A stretch of 64,000 nucleotides of DNA from Caecitellus pseudoparvulus (Eukaryota > Protista > Bigyra: Bicosoecida): positions 3,745 through 67,744 of the forward strand of contig CBFFRQ010000074.1 in NCBI GenBank assembly GCA_965644315.1, given 5' to 3'. The number at the start of each line of letters is the position of its first letter. Within the stretch, counting starts at the first letter, position 1. The translations under genes were made by a program, and so were the position numbers. Of this stretch, positions 11,367 through 24,752 are shown one piece after another. Under the pieces are notes generated by a model. That model was not told the DNA's origin and did no database searches. It was given only the letters and a program-made list of their open reading frames with translations.

Positions 11367-13202
11367 ATGTCTCTTACTTTTGACGAGTACGGCCGGCCGT
11401 ACATCATTGTGCGCGAACAGGGTGCCAAGTCACGTTTGAAGGGCCTGGAGGCGCAGAAGGTGCGTGCTGGGCTCCCCCTCCGGCCCTGCGCGCTGCTCCC
11501 AGCTGCTGCCGGTGGCATGCCGTTGCGAGGTACTGACATGCACTGGCGGCGCCCCCCGCTCCCTCACAGGCCAACATTTTGGCTGCCCGCACCGTCACGA
11601 ACTTGCTGCGAACGTCTCTTGGTCCCAAAGGTGCGTCTCGCGGCGGCGGCGCGCCTGTGGCAGCGCTGCAGCCTGGCAGCGGGCTATGCTGGCGTTGCGC
11701 TGAGTGTGCCTGGCTTCACCACGCTGCCTCCTCCTCCTCCCCCGCCAGGCATGGACAAGATGCTGGTGTCCCCAGACGGAGACGTGACTATCACAAACGA
11801 CGGCGCGACCATCCTGCAGAAGATGCAGGTGGAGCACCAAATCGCCAAGCTCATCGTGGAGCTGTCCACTAGCCAGGACGACGAGATCGGCGATGGCACC
11901 ACTGGCGTCGTGGTGCTGGCTGGGGCGCTGCTGGAGCAAGCAGAGCACCTGCTGGACAAGGGCCTGCACCCTGTCCGCATTTCAGAGGGCTTCGAGCAGG
12001 CGTGCAGCATCGCTGTTGAGAAGCTGGGCAGCATCGCGCAGACGGTGGACTTCACGCCGGAGGACCTGGAGCCGCTGTACCTGACGGCCATGACCACCCT
12101 CAGCAGCAAGATCGTGAACAAGCACAAGCGCATGATGGCGGAGATCGCCGTGGACTCCGTCCTCGCCGTCGCCGACGTGGAGCGCAAGGACGTCAACTTC
12201 GACCTCATCAAGGTGGACGGCAAGGCGGGGGGGAAGATGGAGGACACCGCCCTCGTCCGCGGCATCGTCATCGACAAGGAGTTCAGCCACCCTCAGATGC
12301 CCAAGGACATCCGGGACGCCAAGCTCTGCGTGCTCACCTGCCCCTTCGAGCCGCCCAAGCCCAAGACCAAGCACCACCTGGACATCACCTCCCCCGAGGC
12401 GTACCTGGCCCTGCAGGAGGCGGAGGCCAAGTACTTCACAGACATGGTGGCCAAGGTCAAGGCCAGCGGCGCCAACGTCGTCATCTGCCAGTGGGGCTTC
12501 GACGACGAGGCCAACCACCTGCTGCTGCAGAACGGCCTGCCCGCCGTGCGGTGGGTGGGCGGCTCCGAGCTGGAGCTCATCGCCATCGCCACTGGCTCCC
12601 GCATCGTGCCGCGCTTTGAGGAGCTGAGCGCGGACAAGCTGGGCAGCGCCGGCAAGGTGCGGGAGGTGAGCTACGGCACCACCAAGGACAGCGTGCTGAT
12701 GATTGAGGAGTGCGCCAACAGCCGCGCCGTGACGGTGTACGTGCGAGGTGGCAACCACATGATCATCGATGAGACCAAGCGCTCCCTGCACGACGCCATG
12801 TGCGTCACCCGCAACCTCATCCGCGACAACCGCGTCGTGTACGGCGGCGGCGCGGCGGAGGTGGCCTGCTCCCTCGCCGTCGCGGCGGCCGCCGACACAG
12901 TGGGCGGCATGGAGCAGTACGCCCTGCGCGCCTTCGCCGATGCGCTGGACGACATCCCCATGGCGCTGGCAGAGAACTCGGGGCTGGGCCCCATCGAGAG
13001 CCTGAGCGAGGTCAAGGCCAAGCAGCAGGCAGAGAGCAACCCGTTCCTGGGCATTGACTGCATGGGCGCGGGCACCCACGACATGCGGGAGCAGAACGTG
13101 TTCGAGACGCTCATCGGCAAGCAGCAGCAGATGCTGCTGGCGACACAGCTGGTCAAGATGATCCTCAAGATTGACGACATCATCAGCCCCGCTGACTTCT
13201 GA
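11367..13202 (+). CDS. CCT5: T-complex protein 1 subunit epsilon
   Basis: [33 protein letters not shown] and [13 protein letters not shown]; introns 11460-11569 and 11631-11748. Confidence 0.97.
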   Translation: MSLTFDEYGRPYIIVREQGAKSRLKGLEAQKVRAGLPLRPCALLPAAAGGMPLRGTDMHWRRPPLPHRPTFWLPAPSRTCCERLLVPKVRLAAAARLWQRCSLAAGYAGVALSVPGFTTLPPPPPPPGMDKMLVSPDGDVTITNDGATILQKMQVEHQIAKLIVELSTSQDDEIGDGTTGVVVLAGALLEQAEHLLDKGLHPVRISEGFEQACSIAVEKLGSIAQTVDFTPEDLEPLYLTAMTTLSSKIVNKHKRMMAEIAVDSVLAVADVERKDVNFDLIKVDGKAGGKMEDTALVRGIVIDKEFSHPQMPKDIRDAKLCVLTCPFEPPKPKTKHHLDITSPEAYLALQEAEAKYFTDMVAKVKASGANVVICQWGFDDEANHLLLQNGLPAVRWVGGSELELIAIATGSRIVPRFEELSADKLGSAGKVREVSYGTTKDSVLMIEECANSRAVTVYVRGGNHMIIDETKRSLHDAMCVTRNLIRDNRVVYGGGAAEVACSLAVAAAADTVGGMEQYALRAFADALDDIPMALAENSGLGPIESLSEVKAKQQAESNPFLGIDCMGAGTHDMREQNVFETLIGKQQQMLLATQLVKMILKIDDIISPADF

Positions 13203-13494
13203 GCCAGCTCCCCAATGCAAACTTCACACGCAGGGTGCAGGGGCGTCGCTGTTGAGGATGCATTGAGGCGCTTGCGAGCACGAGCCACAGAATCACAAAG
13301 CAAGCCAGCGGTGCCGGGAGGGGAGCGGCCCCCACACAGTGCTGCCCGGACCATCACAGCACTGCCCCGCAGTGTGCTGCGCCCAAGCAACGCCAAGAGG
13401 ACCCACTAAGCAGGTCTGCGCCGTGCAGGTGGGGAGCGCGGTGCGACGCTGCCGCGGCGAGGGACAGCGGCAGTCACACTCACATGCGACGCAA

Positions 13495-14180
13495 TTAGCC
13501 GGACTTGAAGAGCAGGATGGCGATCTGGCCCAAGTAGAAATAGATGAAGTGCTTCTGCTCGTGTGTGACGTAGGAGCCAAAGTTGCGCCCCACCACCACG
13601 TGCCAGGTGGGTGTGTACCTGCGCGAGGTCAGGCCAGCGAGGCGTGCGACGGCGCGGTGACAGAGTGCACACATCAAGGTGGTGGCAACAAGCTAGCAGT
13701 GGTCAGAGATGGCTCGCGCGCCGCTCCCTGCCTTCCGCGGAGGCTCCCACGGCGATGCAAAGATGGGAAGGCAGCGCAGGCACGCGGGCGTTTCCGCCGC
13801 CTGCGCAACGACCTCAGGCTGTACGTTGGGCAGGCGCCGCAGCGCGCCGGCCCACACGCCGGCCAAGCTGGCCAAGACAGGCATGCCAAGCAGACCAGGA
13901 CGCGAGCAGGAGGCACGCTGTCCCCACTCACTTGCGGTCAAACTCCTTCTTGATGAAGGCGGCGACCTCCTTCTCCACGCTGAACTTCTCCAGTGCTGCC
14001 GCGGCACAGTCAATGGCGTCCTGCTGCATGTCCTCGGACATGTCAGCGTTCTTAATCACAGCCTTGCGCTCTGTGCGGGGCGCCGGGAACCGTGGCGCAC
14101 AGCTGGCGTGACATGCTGCCGACAGAGCTGCGCAGGCGCAGGCGTTGAGCGGCAAAATCCGCACCTGTGGAAGCAGCCAT
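13495..14180 (-). CDS. DYNLL1: Dynein light chain LC8
   Basis: [17 protein letters not shown]...IKKEFDRK|[20 protein letters not shown]...LLFKSG; two introns. Confidence 0.96.
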
Positions 14181-14453
14181 GGCGGACACGTGCTGGTGGG
14201 TAGTGCGGGGATGAGGCTTCGATAGCAAGGCATGTGCTGACCACAATGTGCTGGGGGGCGAACGGCGTGGGCGGGAGTTTGACCTTGGTGGGCCACTGCT
14301 GTGCCTGACGTACGGCGCTCATCTGCGCAACGGCAGCGGCTTCTGCCAGCAAGCGAGCATGAGATGCACAAGCTGTCTCCATGTGTTTGAATTCCTCCAC
14401 GGCGACTCCCAACTCCGACCACAGTTCCTGCACGCTAGCTATGCCCAGTCCGC

Positions 14454-14895
14454 TCAGATGGTGCTGGGGTACAGCATGATGCGCACCTGGCTCCCCAGAG
14501 TGGAGGGGGGCAGGTTGCTGCGGAACTTAGCGCGCACGACGCCAGAGGTGCCGTGTGTGCGGGTAATGCGGCCCCAGATGACGCGCAGGTTGGTCTGCTC
14601 GCCAGTGCGGGGGTTGCGCTTGGAGTTCTTGGCCTGGACAGGAGGGCAGCGAAGGTTGTCTGGTGCAGGGACCGCAGACTGGTGGACAGCGCAGGCACTA
14701 CAATGAACTCACCTTGTAGATGTAGGCCACGCGCTTGCCCAGGTAGAAGCCGGCGTCCTTAGCGTCGCTCAGGTTCTGGACCTTGATCAGGCTGGTGTGG
14801 TGGTACTGGTTCACCTTGGAGCCCTTGTACCCCACCAGGGCACCCTTGACGTACAGGCGCACGGGCTGGCCGCCCTTGGACTTGCTCTCAGCCAT
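14454..14895 (-). CDS. RPL35A: 60S ribosomal protein L35a (eL33)
   Basis: RLYVKG...[12 protein letters not shown]|AK...[26 protein letters not shown]...RIMLYPSTI; intron 14712-14634. Confidence 0.96.
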
Positions 14896-15722
14896 GACTG
14901 ATGTTGAGGGGGTTGAGACTACACAACGCCTGTGCACTCTGCGAAGGGGGGAGCGAGGCGCAGGCCAGTGCATGCAAGCACCCAGTGCGCTGCGATCAGG
15001 CACCTCGGCAAAGCACTCCAGCACGGCACAGACACGTGGGCACATGTACATGACGAACAGAATGCTGCCCACCTCATGGGCAGACGGAGGGCGCCTCAAA
15101 TGAAGCAGGAGCCAGCCTCTTCGAGCGAGAGGGAGGGCGCTGCGAATTCCGCAACTTGGGCCACGGCAGCTGCAGCAGGCAGCTATTGCCAGGGACACAG
15201 GTGCCGGGCCCAGGGGCAATCGTGTTCCACATGACACGTGCCTGGCTGATAGGCCCCCACTGAAGCGGACACGTGCCCAGGTCCCACCACTCCCTGCAGC
15301 TGCTATGCCCAAGACACAAGCTGACGCCTCCCTCTGCCCACAAAACAAGCTGCCGGCGTCACATCACAGCGAATTGGACTGCATGGCGTAACTTTATCAC
15401 GTACCTAACAGAACACACGATTCAATATCTTGGAAAGTGCTCTGCGTGGCTGCAGAAGCTCAAGTGGACGGTCCGCGGTCTCATTATGTGTTCCGCGAAT
15501 GATATGTAAATGAGTTGTGCATGCCCCCTGCCAGGTGCTCGGCACGCTTGCCGCGCACCAGGACCCAAGCGCTGCGAGACGGCAAAACACATGATCAAAA
15601 ATTCCATTTCAATGTGCTGCCAGTCGCCACCGCGCAGCACCCTCGTTCTCAGCTGCACGCAATTGCTGCTGTGCTGCACGAGCGTTGCGGCGTTTCATTG
15701 TCTGCTCTCAACGGTCGCCACC

Positions 15723-18700
15723 ATGCACCTTGAGGAGCTCATCATCGATGGCTTCAAGGCGTACGCGCGGCGCACTGTCGTCACTGGCTTTGACAAGCAG
15801 TTCAATGCCATCACTGGTCTGAATGGCAGTGGCAAGTCGTCCATCGCAGATGCACTCATGTGGCTTCTAGGCGCGCGCCTGGATTTGCTGCGCGTGGCAA
15901 ACCCCACTGAGCTCATCTACAAGAATGGCCAGGCCGGTATCACCAAGGCCACAGTCACTGCAGTGTTCAACAACGAAGAGGAGGGTGCCTCCCCCGTCGG
16001 CTACGAGCAGTACGAGAAGGTCACCGTCACCCGCCAGGTGAGCGCCCGTTACGGTGCAGTTTCCGCAGCGCTGCTGCAGGCCAAGCACACGCGCCTCCTG
16101 TCCACACCCCCGCACAGGTCGTCGTGGGAGGCCGCACAAAGTACCTCATCAATGGCCACAACGCCACCACCACTCGGGTGCAGAACCTGTTCCACTCCGT
16201 GCAGTTGAACGCTGCCAACCCACACTTCTGCATCATGCAAGGGCGCATTACCAAGGTCTTGAACATGAAGCCCGCTGAGATCCTCGGCATGCTGGAGGAG
16301 GCTGCCGGTACCCGCATGTACGAGACCAAGAAGCAGGCCGCCTTGAAGACCATCGAGAAGAAGGCCAGCAAGGTTGCGGAGATCAACGCCATCCTGGCGG
16401 AAGACATCACGCCCACCCTGGAGAAGCTGCGCAAGGAGCAGACGGCGTACCTGCAGTGGGCTGCCAACAACACTGAGTGCGAGCGCCTGGCGCGCTTCTG
16501 CGTCGCGCACGACTTCGTCAAGGCGGAGGCGCTGGCGGGCAGCGGCGAGGAGGAGCTGGCGGCCATGGCGCAGCAGCTGACGGCAGAGCGCGACGCTGAG
16601 GCGGCTGCCACGGCAGAGGCTGGCATGAAGGAGGCAGAAATCACTGCCCTGCGCTCTCAGCGCGATGGCGCCCTGGCCGCTGACGCCCAGCGCGCCGCCA
16701 CGCGCGAGGCCACCGCATCCAAGGCTGCCGTAGCCGCTGCCGCCGCCCACGAGACCAAGGCGGCCGCCGCCGCAGACGACGCAGCGGCACTGGCGTCTGC
16801 CACGGCTGCAGTGGCAGATGCTGAGGCGGCACTGGCAGCTGCCGAGGCTGACGTGGCGGCCAAGACTGCAGCAGCGGAGGCAGCGGGGCAGAGCGCTGAG
16901 GAGGCGGCCGCTACCGCCTCCAGCCTCCAGGAGGAGCTGGCTGCAGTGTCTGCGGGCTTCGCGCACGCCGGCGCCGGCATGGGGTCCACCGCCCAGGGCG
17001 CCCTCATGGAGGCCAAGCGGTCCCTGGCCGCGGCACAGGCCGACCGCACCGCCGCCACCATGCGCCTGCAGCACACGGAGAGCGCGCTGGCTGAGGTCAA
17101 GGCAGCCATCGCCTCTGCCTCGGGCAAGCAGGCCTCCGTGCAGCGGGCCCTGGACAAGGCCTCCGCCACCCTCACCTCTGCCAGGCACGTGGCGCAGGAT
17201 GCCACCGAGGCGGCGGCAGGCGTGCGCCTCCCAGAGCTCAAGGCGGCAGCGCGAGAGACGGCGCGGGCGGCCACCGCTGCCGCTGGCAAGGTGGACGCGG
17301 CAGAGGCGTCCCTCAGTGCCGCCCTCAAGTTCAGCTACGATGGCCGGCACATGCCAGCAGGCTTCCGCCCCGAGGCGGTCAAGGGCGTCGTGGCCAACCT
17401 CATCGAGGTGGCGGACCCGTCCGCCGCCACGGCCGTGGAGGTGGCTGCAGGTGGCAAGCTGTTCAACGTCGTCGTGGACGACCAGGCCACGGGGAAGGCC
17501 CTGCTCAAGCACGGCCGCCTGCAGCGCCGCGTCACCCTCATCCCCCTCGCCAGCGTCTCCTCCCGGGTGCCCAACGCTGCCGCCGTCAAGGCAGCGGCAG
17601 TCAAGACCAAGGGCGCCGCTGTGCCTGCCCTGAGCCTGGTGGGGTACCCAGAGGAGGTGGAGGCGGCCATGCAGTTCGTCCTGGGCCGCCACTTCATCGC
17701 TGACACGCCCGAGGCGGCACGCGCCGTGGCATACACGCCCAGCATCGCCTTCCCCGCCGTCACCAAGGCAGGCGACTCGTTCGACCCCAGCGGCACACTG
17801 GAGGGTGGTGCCAGTGCCGCCCCCGGCTCCTCCATCCTGCTGCGCCTGGCCAAGGTGGCCACCCTGAAGGCTGCCGCAGCAGAGGCGGCTGAAGCTGCTG
17901 CCGAGGCCAAGGCCGCCCTCGCGGCGGGCCAGGCAGCGCTGGATGCCGCCGCCGCCGCGAAGGCTGCTGTGGGGGCGGCTGAGCACGATTTGGAGCTGGT
18001 GCGTGCCAAGCTGGGCAGCAGCGAGTGGGGGCGCCTGACCGCCAAGCAGCTGACACTGCAGGGCACGCTGCGTGAGCTGCAGGATGCGCTGGCCACCGCA
18101 GAGGACGCCGTGACGCAGCACTCGGACGAAATCGCACGGCTGCAGGGCAGCATGGCGGGGGGTGATGCGGCACGGGCCGGTGAGGAGGCACGCCTGGCGG
18201 CAGCCCTGGCAGAGGCGCGTGCCAGCGCCGATGCGGCCGCAGCCACTGCTCAGGAGGCCAGCTGCGAGGTGGAGACAGCCGAGGCGGACCTTGCCTCTGC
18301 CCGGACGGAGCTGGAGGCAGCCCAGGCGGCGCTGAAGGAGGCACAGACCGCCGCGGCGGCGTCAGCGGAGGCTGTGCAGGGCGCGGCAGTGGCACTGGAG
18401 GCTGCCAACGCAGAGGCCAGCCAGGCTGCCGAGTTGCTGGCTGAGAAGCAGGGCGTGCTGTCCCAGTCCGACGGCGAGCTGCGGGCGCTGTGTGAGGCGC
18501 GCGACGCCGCCGCCAAGGCTGCTGCCGCCGCGGCGCGCGCAGTGAAGAAGCTCAGCAGCACGCTGGCCAGCCACAAGTCTGCCGTCGCAGACGCCAAGCG
18601 CCGCGTGGCCCACCTGCTGTCTGCGCATGCCTGGATCGCCCAGGACAAGGCGTACTTCGGCAAGCCCGGCTCAGACTTTGACTTCGAGGCGGTGGAGCCG

Positions 18701-19480
18701 GAGGCGGCAGCGAGCCGCCTGGCAGTGCTGGAGGCAGCGCAGGAGTCCCTGGGCGCCGGCCTGAACAAGAAGGTGCTGGGCATGATGGAGAGCGCGGAGC
18801 GGGAGTACGCCGCCCTCATGGACAAGAAGCGCATCGTGGAGAACGACAAGGCCAAGATCCAGCGCGTCATCTGCGAGCTGGACGAGAAGAAGGCCGAGGC
18901 ACTGGCCAAGACCTGGGCGCAGGTCAACACGGACTTCGGCTCCATCTTCAGCACGCTGCTGCCGGGCGTCAGCGCACAGCTGGCCCCCCCAGAGGGCGCC
19001 GACCTGGCTGATGGCCTGGAGGTGCGTGTCGCCTTCGGCAGTGTGTGGAAGGAGTCCCTCACGGAGCTGTCGGGGGGGCAGCGCTCCCTCCTCGCGCTCT
19101 CCCTCATCCTGGCCCTCCTGCGCTTCAAGCCGGCGCCCCTGTACATCCTGGACGAAGTGGACGCCGCGCTGGACCTGTCCCACACCCAGAACATCGGGCA
19201 CATGCTGCGCTCCCACTTCAAGGGCTCTCAGTTCCTCGTCGTCTCCCTCAAGCAGGGCATGTTCTCCAACGCCAATGTCATCTTCCGCACCAAGTTCGTG
19301 GACGGCTCCTCCGCCGTCACGCGCACAGTGCCGGCCGGTGCCAGCTCCCACTCTGCTGCTGCTGGTGGTGCCGCCGCCGTGGCGCCCCCTGCCGGGGACG
19401 AGAACATTGGCGCTGGCGCAGCTGCCGGCTCCAAGCGGGCAGGTGCCCGGGGCCGCTCCAGCCGGGCTGTCCTGGCGTGA
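15723..19480 (+). CDS. SMC2: Condensin subunit SMC2
   Basis: FNAITGLNGSGKS, NPHFCIMQGRITKVLNMKP, a hinge domain, ELSGGQRSL and DEVDAALD; intron 16038-16117. Confidence 0.95.
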
Positions 19481-19545
19481 GCTGCAGGTATGCATTTGCT
19501 GTGTGTGCCTGCGTGCAATGCAAGCGTCGCTGTGTGTGGGCGGTG

Positions 19546-22501
19546 TCACCGCTCCGCCGCCTCCTCTCGGCTCGTGGCGCGTAGAGCCGCATAGGCGGAC
19601 TCGTGCCCACCCACATACGCCACCTCCGCCAACCCATCCATGTCCCCCCGTGTGAACACCCCGTGCATGCTGCCGTCCCCGCCCCCCTTGCGCAGGGCAG
19701 TGGCCACTTTCAGCAGCGCAGTGCGCCCCGCAGCTGCTCGCTGCGCCTCAGCTGACGCCCGCAACAGCAGTGGTGGGCGTGCTGCCTGTGCCTTGCGCAC
19801 CCGCTCAGCGTTGGACCTCGCACGGCGCTTGGCGTCTGCGCGCCACGCCGCTCGCCTCGCCTGCGCCTCGGGAGTGGCTTCGTCCAACTGCCAAGCCAGG
19901 CGCCGTGTCCCCAGCCGACTCTCCTCAAGCTGCCGCACAAGGGGTGTCACCTCAGCGGACGCCTGGGCGGCAGCCAGCGCCCTCGTCTCCGCCTCAGCTG
20001 CCAGCTGCTGCTCTGTGATTTGCTCCTCGCGCAGCTTGGCCTGTGTCGCTGCCATGCGCAGGGCCACAGACCGGGTCATGGCGGGGGGCGGGGTGGCGCT
20101 GGCAGCCACAGGCCTGCGACTCTCACCCCGGGAGCCCCCTGCGCCCACAGACGTGCCGGGCAGTGACGAGGAGCTGGCACTGCCTGTGAGCTTCAAGGAG
20201 TACTCCCCGTGCCACTCCTCCCACTGCGCCTCGCGCTTGGCGGCCCGGGCGGTGCGTTTCGCCTCCTCCTCCTCCTGCCGCTGCCGCCGCTCGAAGGAGA
20301 AGGGCGCGGGCTCCGTCAGCGGCTTGCTGCGACGGGCAGCGGACAGCGTCGAGTCGAACTTGCTCTGCAGCCGCTTGAAGTCGGGCACCTTGTTGTGGTA
20401 CTTGAACCCTCGGCGGCTGCGACCTGCCACGTCCCCGCTCAGCTGCTCAGGCGCGCGACCCCGCGCCCTCGCCCGCGCAGCCCGCTCCAGATCTCGCTTG
20501 GCTGCCGCCTCAGCCCACATGGCCATGCGAGGGGGCAGGGAGGCGGCAGAGGCCAGCTCAGCCGCCCGTCGGGCCGCTGCTTCCTTCCGCTGCGCCGCCT
20601 CCTCCTCCATACCCGCCTTGATGATGGCCTGCCCGCCGCCCTGCACCGTGGCGGGGATGGGGTTCGCGCGGAACCGGGCGCGTTCCCGCAGCTGCCGCTC
20701 GCGCTCCAGCCGAGCTTCCGACAGCCGAGCCTCCTTCGTCGCGTGCGCGGCCGCCTCGTGCGTTTCAAGACCCTCAAACGGCGCCATGCTGCGCTGCAGC
20801 TCGCTGCGCCGCGCCTCGTGGTTCAGCCGCCGGCGCGTGTCTTGCTGCCGCATGATCTGCTGGAACAGCGGCAGCTGGGTGGAGGCGGGGATTGGCTTGG
20901 CTTTAAAGCGGTACTTCCGAGCAGCCTCCTCAGCCTCGGCCGCTGCCGCCGCCTCCGCTGCTGCCCGTCGAGCGGCGATGGTGCTGCCCCCAGCGCGCGC
21001 CTTGGCCGCCAGTGCATCTCGGCGTTCGCGACGTGCTTCCTCTGCCGCGCTCAGCAGTCGTCGCACGGCTGGGGTGTCTGCCTTGCGCTCAGCGGCGCCG
21101 CCCCCCCCCTGTGGCGCGCTGTCGCTGGCCGTGTGCGAGAGGCCCCCCCTCCCCGCACGCACACCCGTCGGCACATAGCTCAGGCGCTGTTCCTCTGCGG
21201 GCTGGTCAGCTGACCCCGACGCCGCCACAGCGCGCACCGCCTCTGCCCACGCCACATCCCCCTGCCAACTGCTCACCGTGTCCGCCGCCGCCGCCTCTGC
21301 CTCCCCGTCGGCCGCCAGGGCCTCAGAGCCAAGTGGGCCTGGGGCAGGGGCGGACGAGCTGGCGTCGTGCGACGCCGCAGCGGCGGCAGCTGCGACACGC
21401 CCCCCTCGCCCACGGCGCCTGCGCTGCGCCGCCACTGCCTCCAGCGCCGCCACACGCGCCTCACTCTCCAGGCGCTCTTTGAACAGGCCCTCCAACTCAG
21501 CCACATTGGAGGCGTGTTCCGCCTTCAGCCGCGACACGGTGCTGTGGAAGCCCCGGGCCTGGGCTGAGTTGGGCGGCACCGTCGCTGCCGCCGATTCCGC
21601 AGCAGTACGGGCCCCCTCCTGAGCCAACTCCGCTTTGAAGGCGGCCACTTGGCGCTCCAGCAGCGCTGGGACGGCAGAGGCGGGTCGCCTGCGCTGCGAG
21701 CTGCGACTGCGAGGGGCGCTGCCTGGGCGGCGCGAGGGGCGCTGGCGACTGCGAGGGGCGCTGGCAGGTCGCTTGGAGCGAGGGCCGGCGGTGGCAGGTC
21801 GCTTCCGCCGACGGGCAGCGGCGCCTGGTGACGTCACTGCCAGGTTCCGCGCACTCTTCGGCGTCCCACTGCGCATGGTGGCGCTGGTGGCGCTGGCGTG
21901 TGCGAGGTTGGCGGCGGCCAGGCCGGGCCGTCGACCCTGTGTGCCTTGCAGCACCCGTGCCCGGGCCTGGGAGCGCACTGCAGCTGCCAGACGCATGGTG
22001 TGTGTCATGGAGCCCCCTCCTTGTGCCGCGAGGGCGGCGGTTTTGGGGCGGGACAGGGACCGGCGCACTGCCGTGGAGGTGGGTGTCTCAGCGCCCCAAG
22101 CCTGTGGCGAGTTGCGACGGGGTGGTGTGGGGGAGGCAGGCGGGTGAGCGAGCTGGAACCAGCACACACCTTGCGTCCTTCAACAAAGAGGTCGGGGTGG
22201 TCGATCATCTCCTCGAACATGCGTGCCTCTTCCTCCTGCGCAGAGGGAGACAGGGGCGTTTCACCTCGTCGCGCGCGGCACAGAGGACGGGCCCGCTGCA
22301 GGCCCCCTCCACGAACCTGCACTTTCTGCTCCGTTTCATCCAGCACGTGCAAGTTGTATGGGATGCGCTCCTCACTCGCTTTCGACTCGGGGGGCGCCCG
22401 GACCCTGCGACGAGACGCCGTGGCGCGTGCGGAAATTGCTTGCGCGCCCACATGCACCCTTGCCCTTACATGCGCTGCAGCGCCGGCGAAGACAGCGACA
22501 T
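19546..22501 (-). CDS. FAM161A: FAM161/UPF0564 centriolar microtubule-binding protein
   Basis: FKAKPIP...LPLF, FRANPIP, ASLPPRM, VPDFKRLQ and TEPAPFSF motifs. The 5' exons and start codon are uncertain. Confidence 0.7.
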
Positions 22502-22984
22502 GTCCGATAGGGATTTGTGTCGTCACAAATTAAAACCCTGGTCGCTTGCTCAGTCGCCTGCTCAGGGCTGGATGCTCGGCTGATCGCGGAGGCAGCACAA
22601 GATGCCGCGCCTCGCCGTCCACACTCGTTGCAGCGTGTCAATGGGTGCCCAAGCAGCAAGGCTGAGAGCTTTTGGGCGTCAATGGGACTGGTTCGCAGTT
22701 AGAGATGGATGCGCCTCGATGTTTGCAGAATTCTGCCACAAACCGACAACTGGAGCGATAATTCGGCATCTCGGCGTCCCGTCAGGGGGGAAAGTTAGGG
22801 CCGCTTAGTCTATTGATCGCTCCATCTCGCCTGCCCATCTCGTCCCCTCGTGGCTTGTCATCAACACTACCATTCTCAAGAAAGGTCCGTTCCCATGACC
22901 GGCGCTGGGTACTTGCGCCACACGGCACTGCCGGGCGTGCAGTTTGTGTGATGTCAGTGCATTGCCCTGCCGCTGCCTGGCCCC

Positions 22985-24543
22985 TCAAGCTGAGCGCTCG
23001 AGCTGCTTCTCGACCACTTCAAAGTGCTCCGCCAGCAGGTTGTCCAGCTCGGCCCGCGACATGCGCGACTTGACATCGGGCACGCCACACACTGACATGA
23101 GCTTGTACAGCGAGCGCCGGTTCACGCCTGCCTCCTGCATCAGCCCCTGCTCTCGGGCCAGGTCCAACGCATCAGCCACACGTTCGGGGGAGACTCTCTT
23201 GGCAGGCGCAGCATCCTCAGCGTCCACCTGCTCAGCAGCAGGCTTGGCAGCAGCAGGCTTGGCAGCAGGTGGTTTGGCGGCTGGGGTGGGGGGAGCGGCG
23301 GTCTTGGCACCACCTGCCGGGGCGCCAGCCCCAGCTGCCGCCAAGCCTGCCAGCCCAGTGGTCTTGGGGGACACAGGCTCCACGGTGGGTGCCTTGGCGC
23401 TAGCCTTGGCTTGCACAGTGTAGGTGCCAGCACCCTCCTGCCGCAAGGCAAAGTACTCGGGGAAGAGCTCCACGAGCTGGCGGGCGCCACACTTGCGCGC
23501 GCTCATGAAGGGGCGCAGGCCCGCCGCGGTGAGGTGGGAGTGCAGTTCGGAAGACGGCACCTTGCCGCCGGCGCACAGCAGCTGCTGGTGCAGGCGCCAC
23601 ACGGCCGCCTGTAGCAGAGGCCCCTTCTCCTTCAGCAGCGCCAGCGGCTGCAGCAGCTCGGGGAAGACGTCATCGAGGTGGATGGGCAGGATGTGGCTGC
23701 GGGCAGCGGGCGGCAGTACCGCGTGCAAGCGCGAGACATCCTGCGCAGTGGCCGCCACGAAGACGTCCCGCCCCGCCTGGGCCAGTCGGGCCACAGCTGG
23801 CGCGTAGGAAGCGCTGCCCGAGACGAGGATGAGTGCTGGGGCAGGGTCGGCCTTGCTTGTGCCGGCCAAGGCAAGCTCCGGCTGGAAGGCGGTGTGGAAG
23901 AGGTCGGAGGTGAGGGCGATGGCGGGGGCCAGGACGGGGCCATCCGTGTCAACCTTGAAGTCGCGCATGAGCACGCCTGCCTCCTGCAGGGCAGTGCTGA
24001 CATTCCGATGGACAGGCACCTTCGTGCCTCCTGGCGCAGATGAGCTGTACCCAGCATGTTGAATGCTCTGAATTTGCGGTCTGCGCGCAGGCGACTCATC
24101 GTGTGCAAGCGTGTACTTCGGGGCTCGCAGGGCCACGCGAGCCACGCACTCAGCTGACATGTACGCTTCATTCACACGCTTCAGGATGAACCTGCTCAGT
24201 GCCGACGCGTCGATGGCCACTTCCTCCTCTGCCTTGAACGCCTGCGTGGAACTTGAAACGCGCGTGAAACGCAGGAAGACGGCGGGCAGCTCAAGCACGC
24301 TCACCTGTGGCGCATACCACTGCATGAGCCGGCTCTCCAACCAACTGGCATCAATGAACGACACAGCACTTGCTGGCGTGGCAACTGTGGCACCGGGGAG
24401 GGGCAGGCGGCGGCAGTGCGCTCATGGCCACTTTCATCCGGTGATGCTGAGGAACGCTCACCTGGCTTGGGCTTGGCGTTCGCAAAGCAGCGAACCAAGG
24501 AGGGAAGGCCAACCCGAACTCGAGCAGCATGGGCCATGGCCAT
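22985..24543 (-). CDS. Degenerate NYN (LabA/DUF88-like) + LOTUS/OST-HTH-like protein with presequence-like N-terminus
   Basis: SFIDASWL and ILVSGSASYAPAVARLAQAGRDVFV (cf. NYN SGDxDF..L...G..V); LVELFPEYF LOTUS-like segment; Arg-rich, acid-free N-terminus MAMAHAARVRVGLPSLVRCFA. Confidence 0.6.
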
Positions 24544-24752
24544 CGTGTGAGCGTCGGCGTAGGCGGAGGCGCTTCTTCTGCTCTCTCGCTGCCTTCTTGC
24601 GCAGGTGGTGAGAAGACAGCTGCAGCCAGGAAGTGGCAAGGCAAGCACTTGACCAAAAAAAGCGAGACACAGGGCGACGCAAGTCAGAGAGATTTAGCCT
24701 TGGGCCTCCCAATGCCACTGTTGCTTCGCGAAGCTCCTGGTGACTGTGCGCC

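Noticed and set aside
13619-13931. Longer-than-usual DYNLL intron as a possible snoRNA host
   Set aside because: No clear C/D or H/ACA boxes seen.
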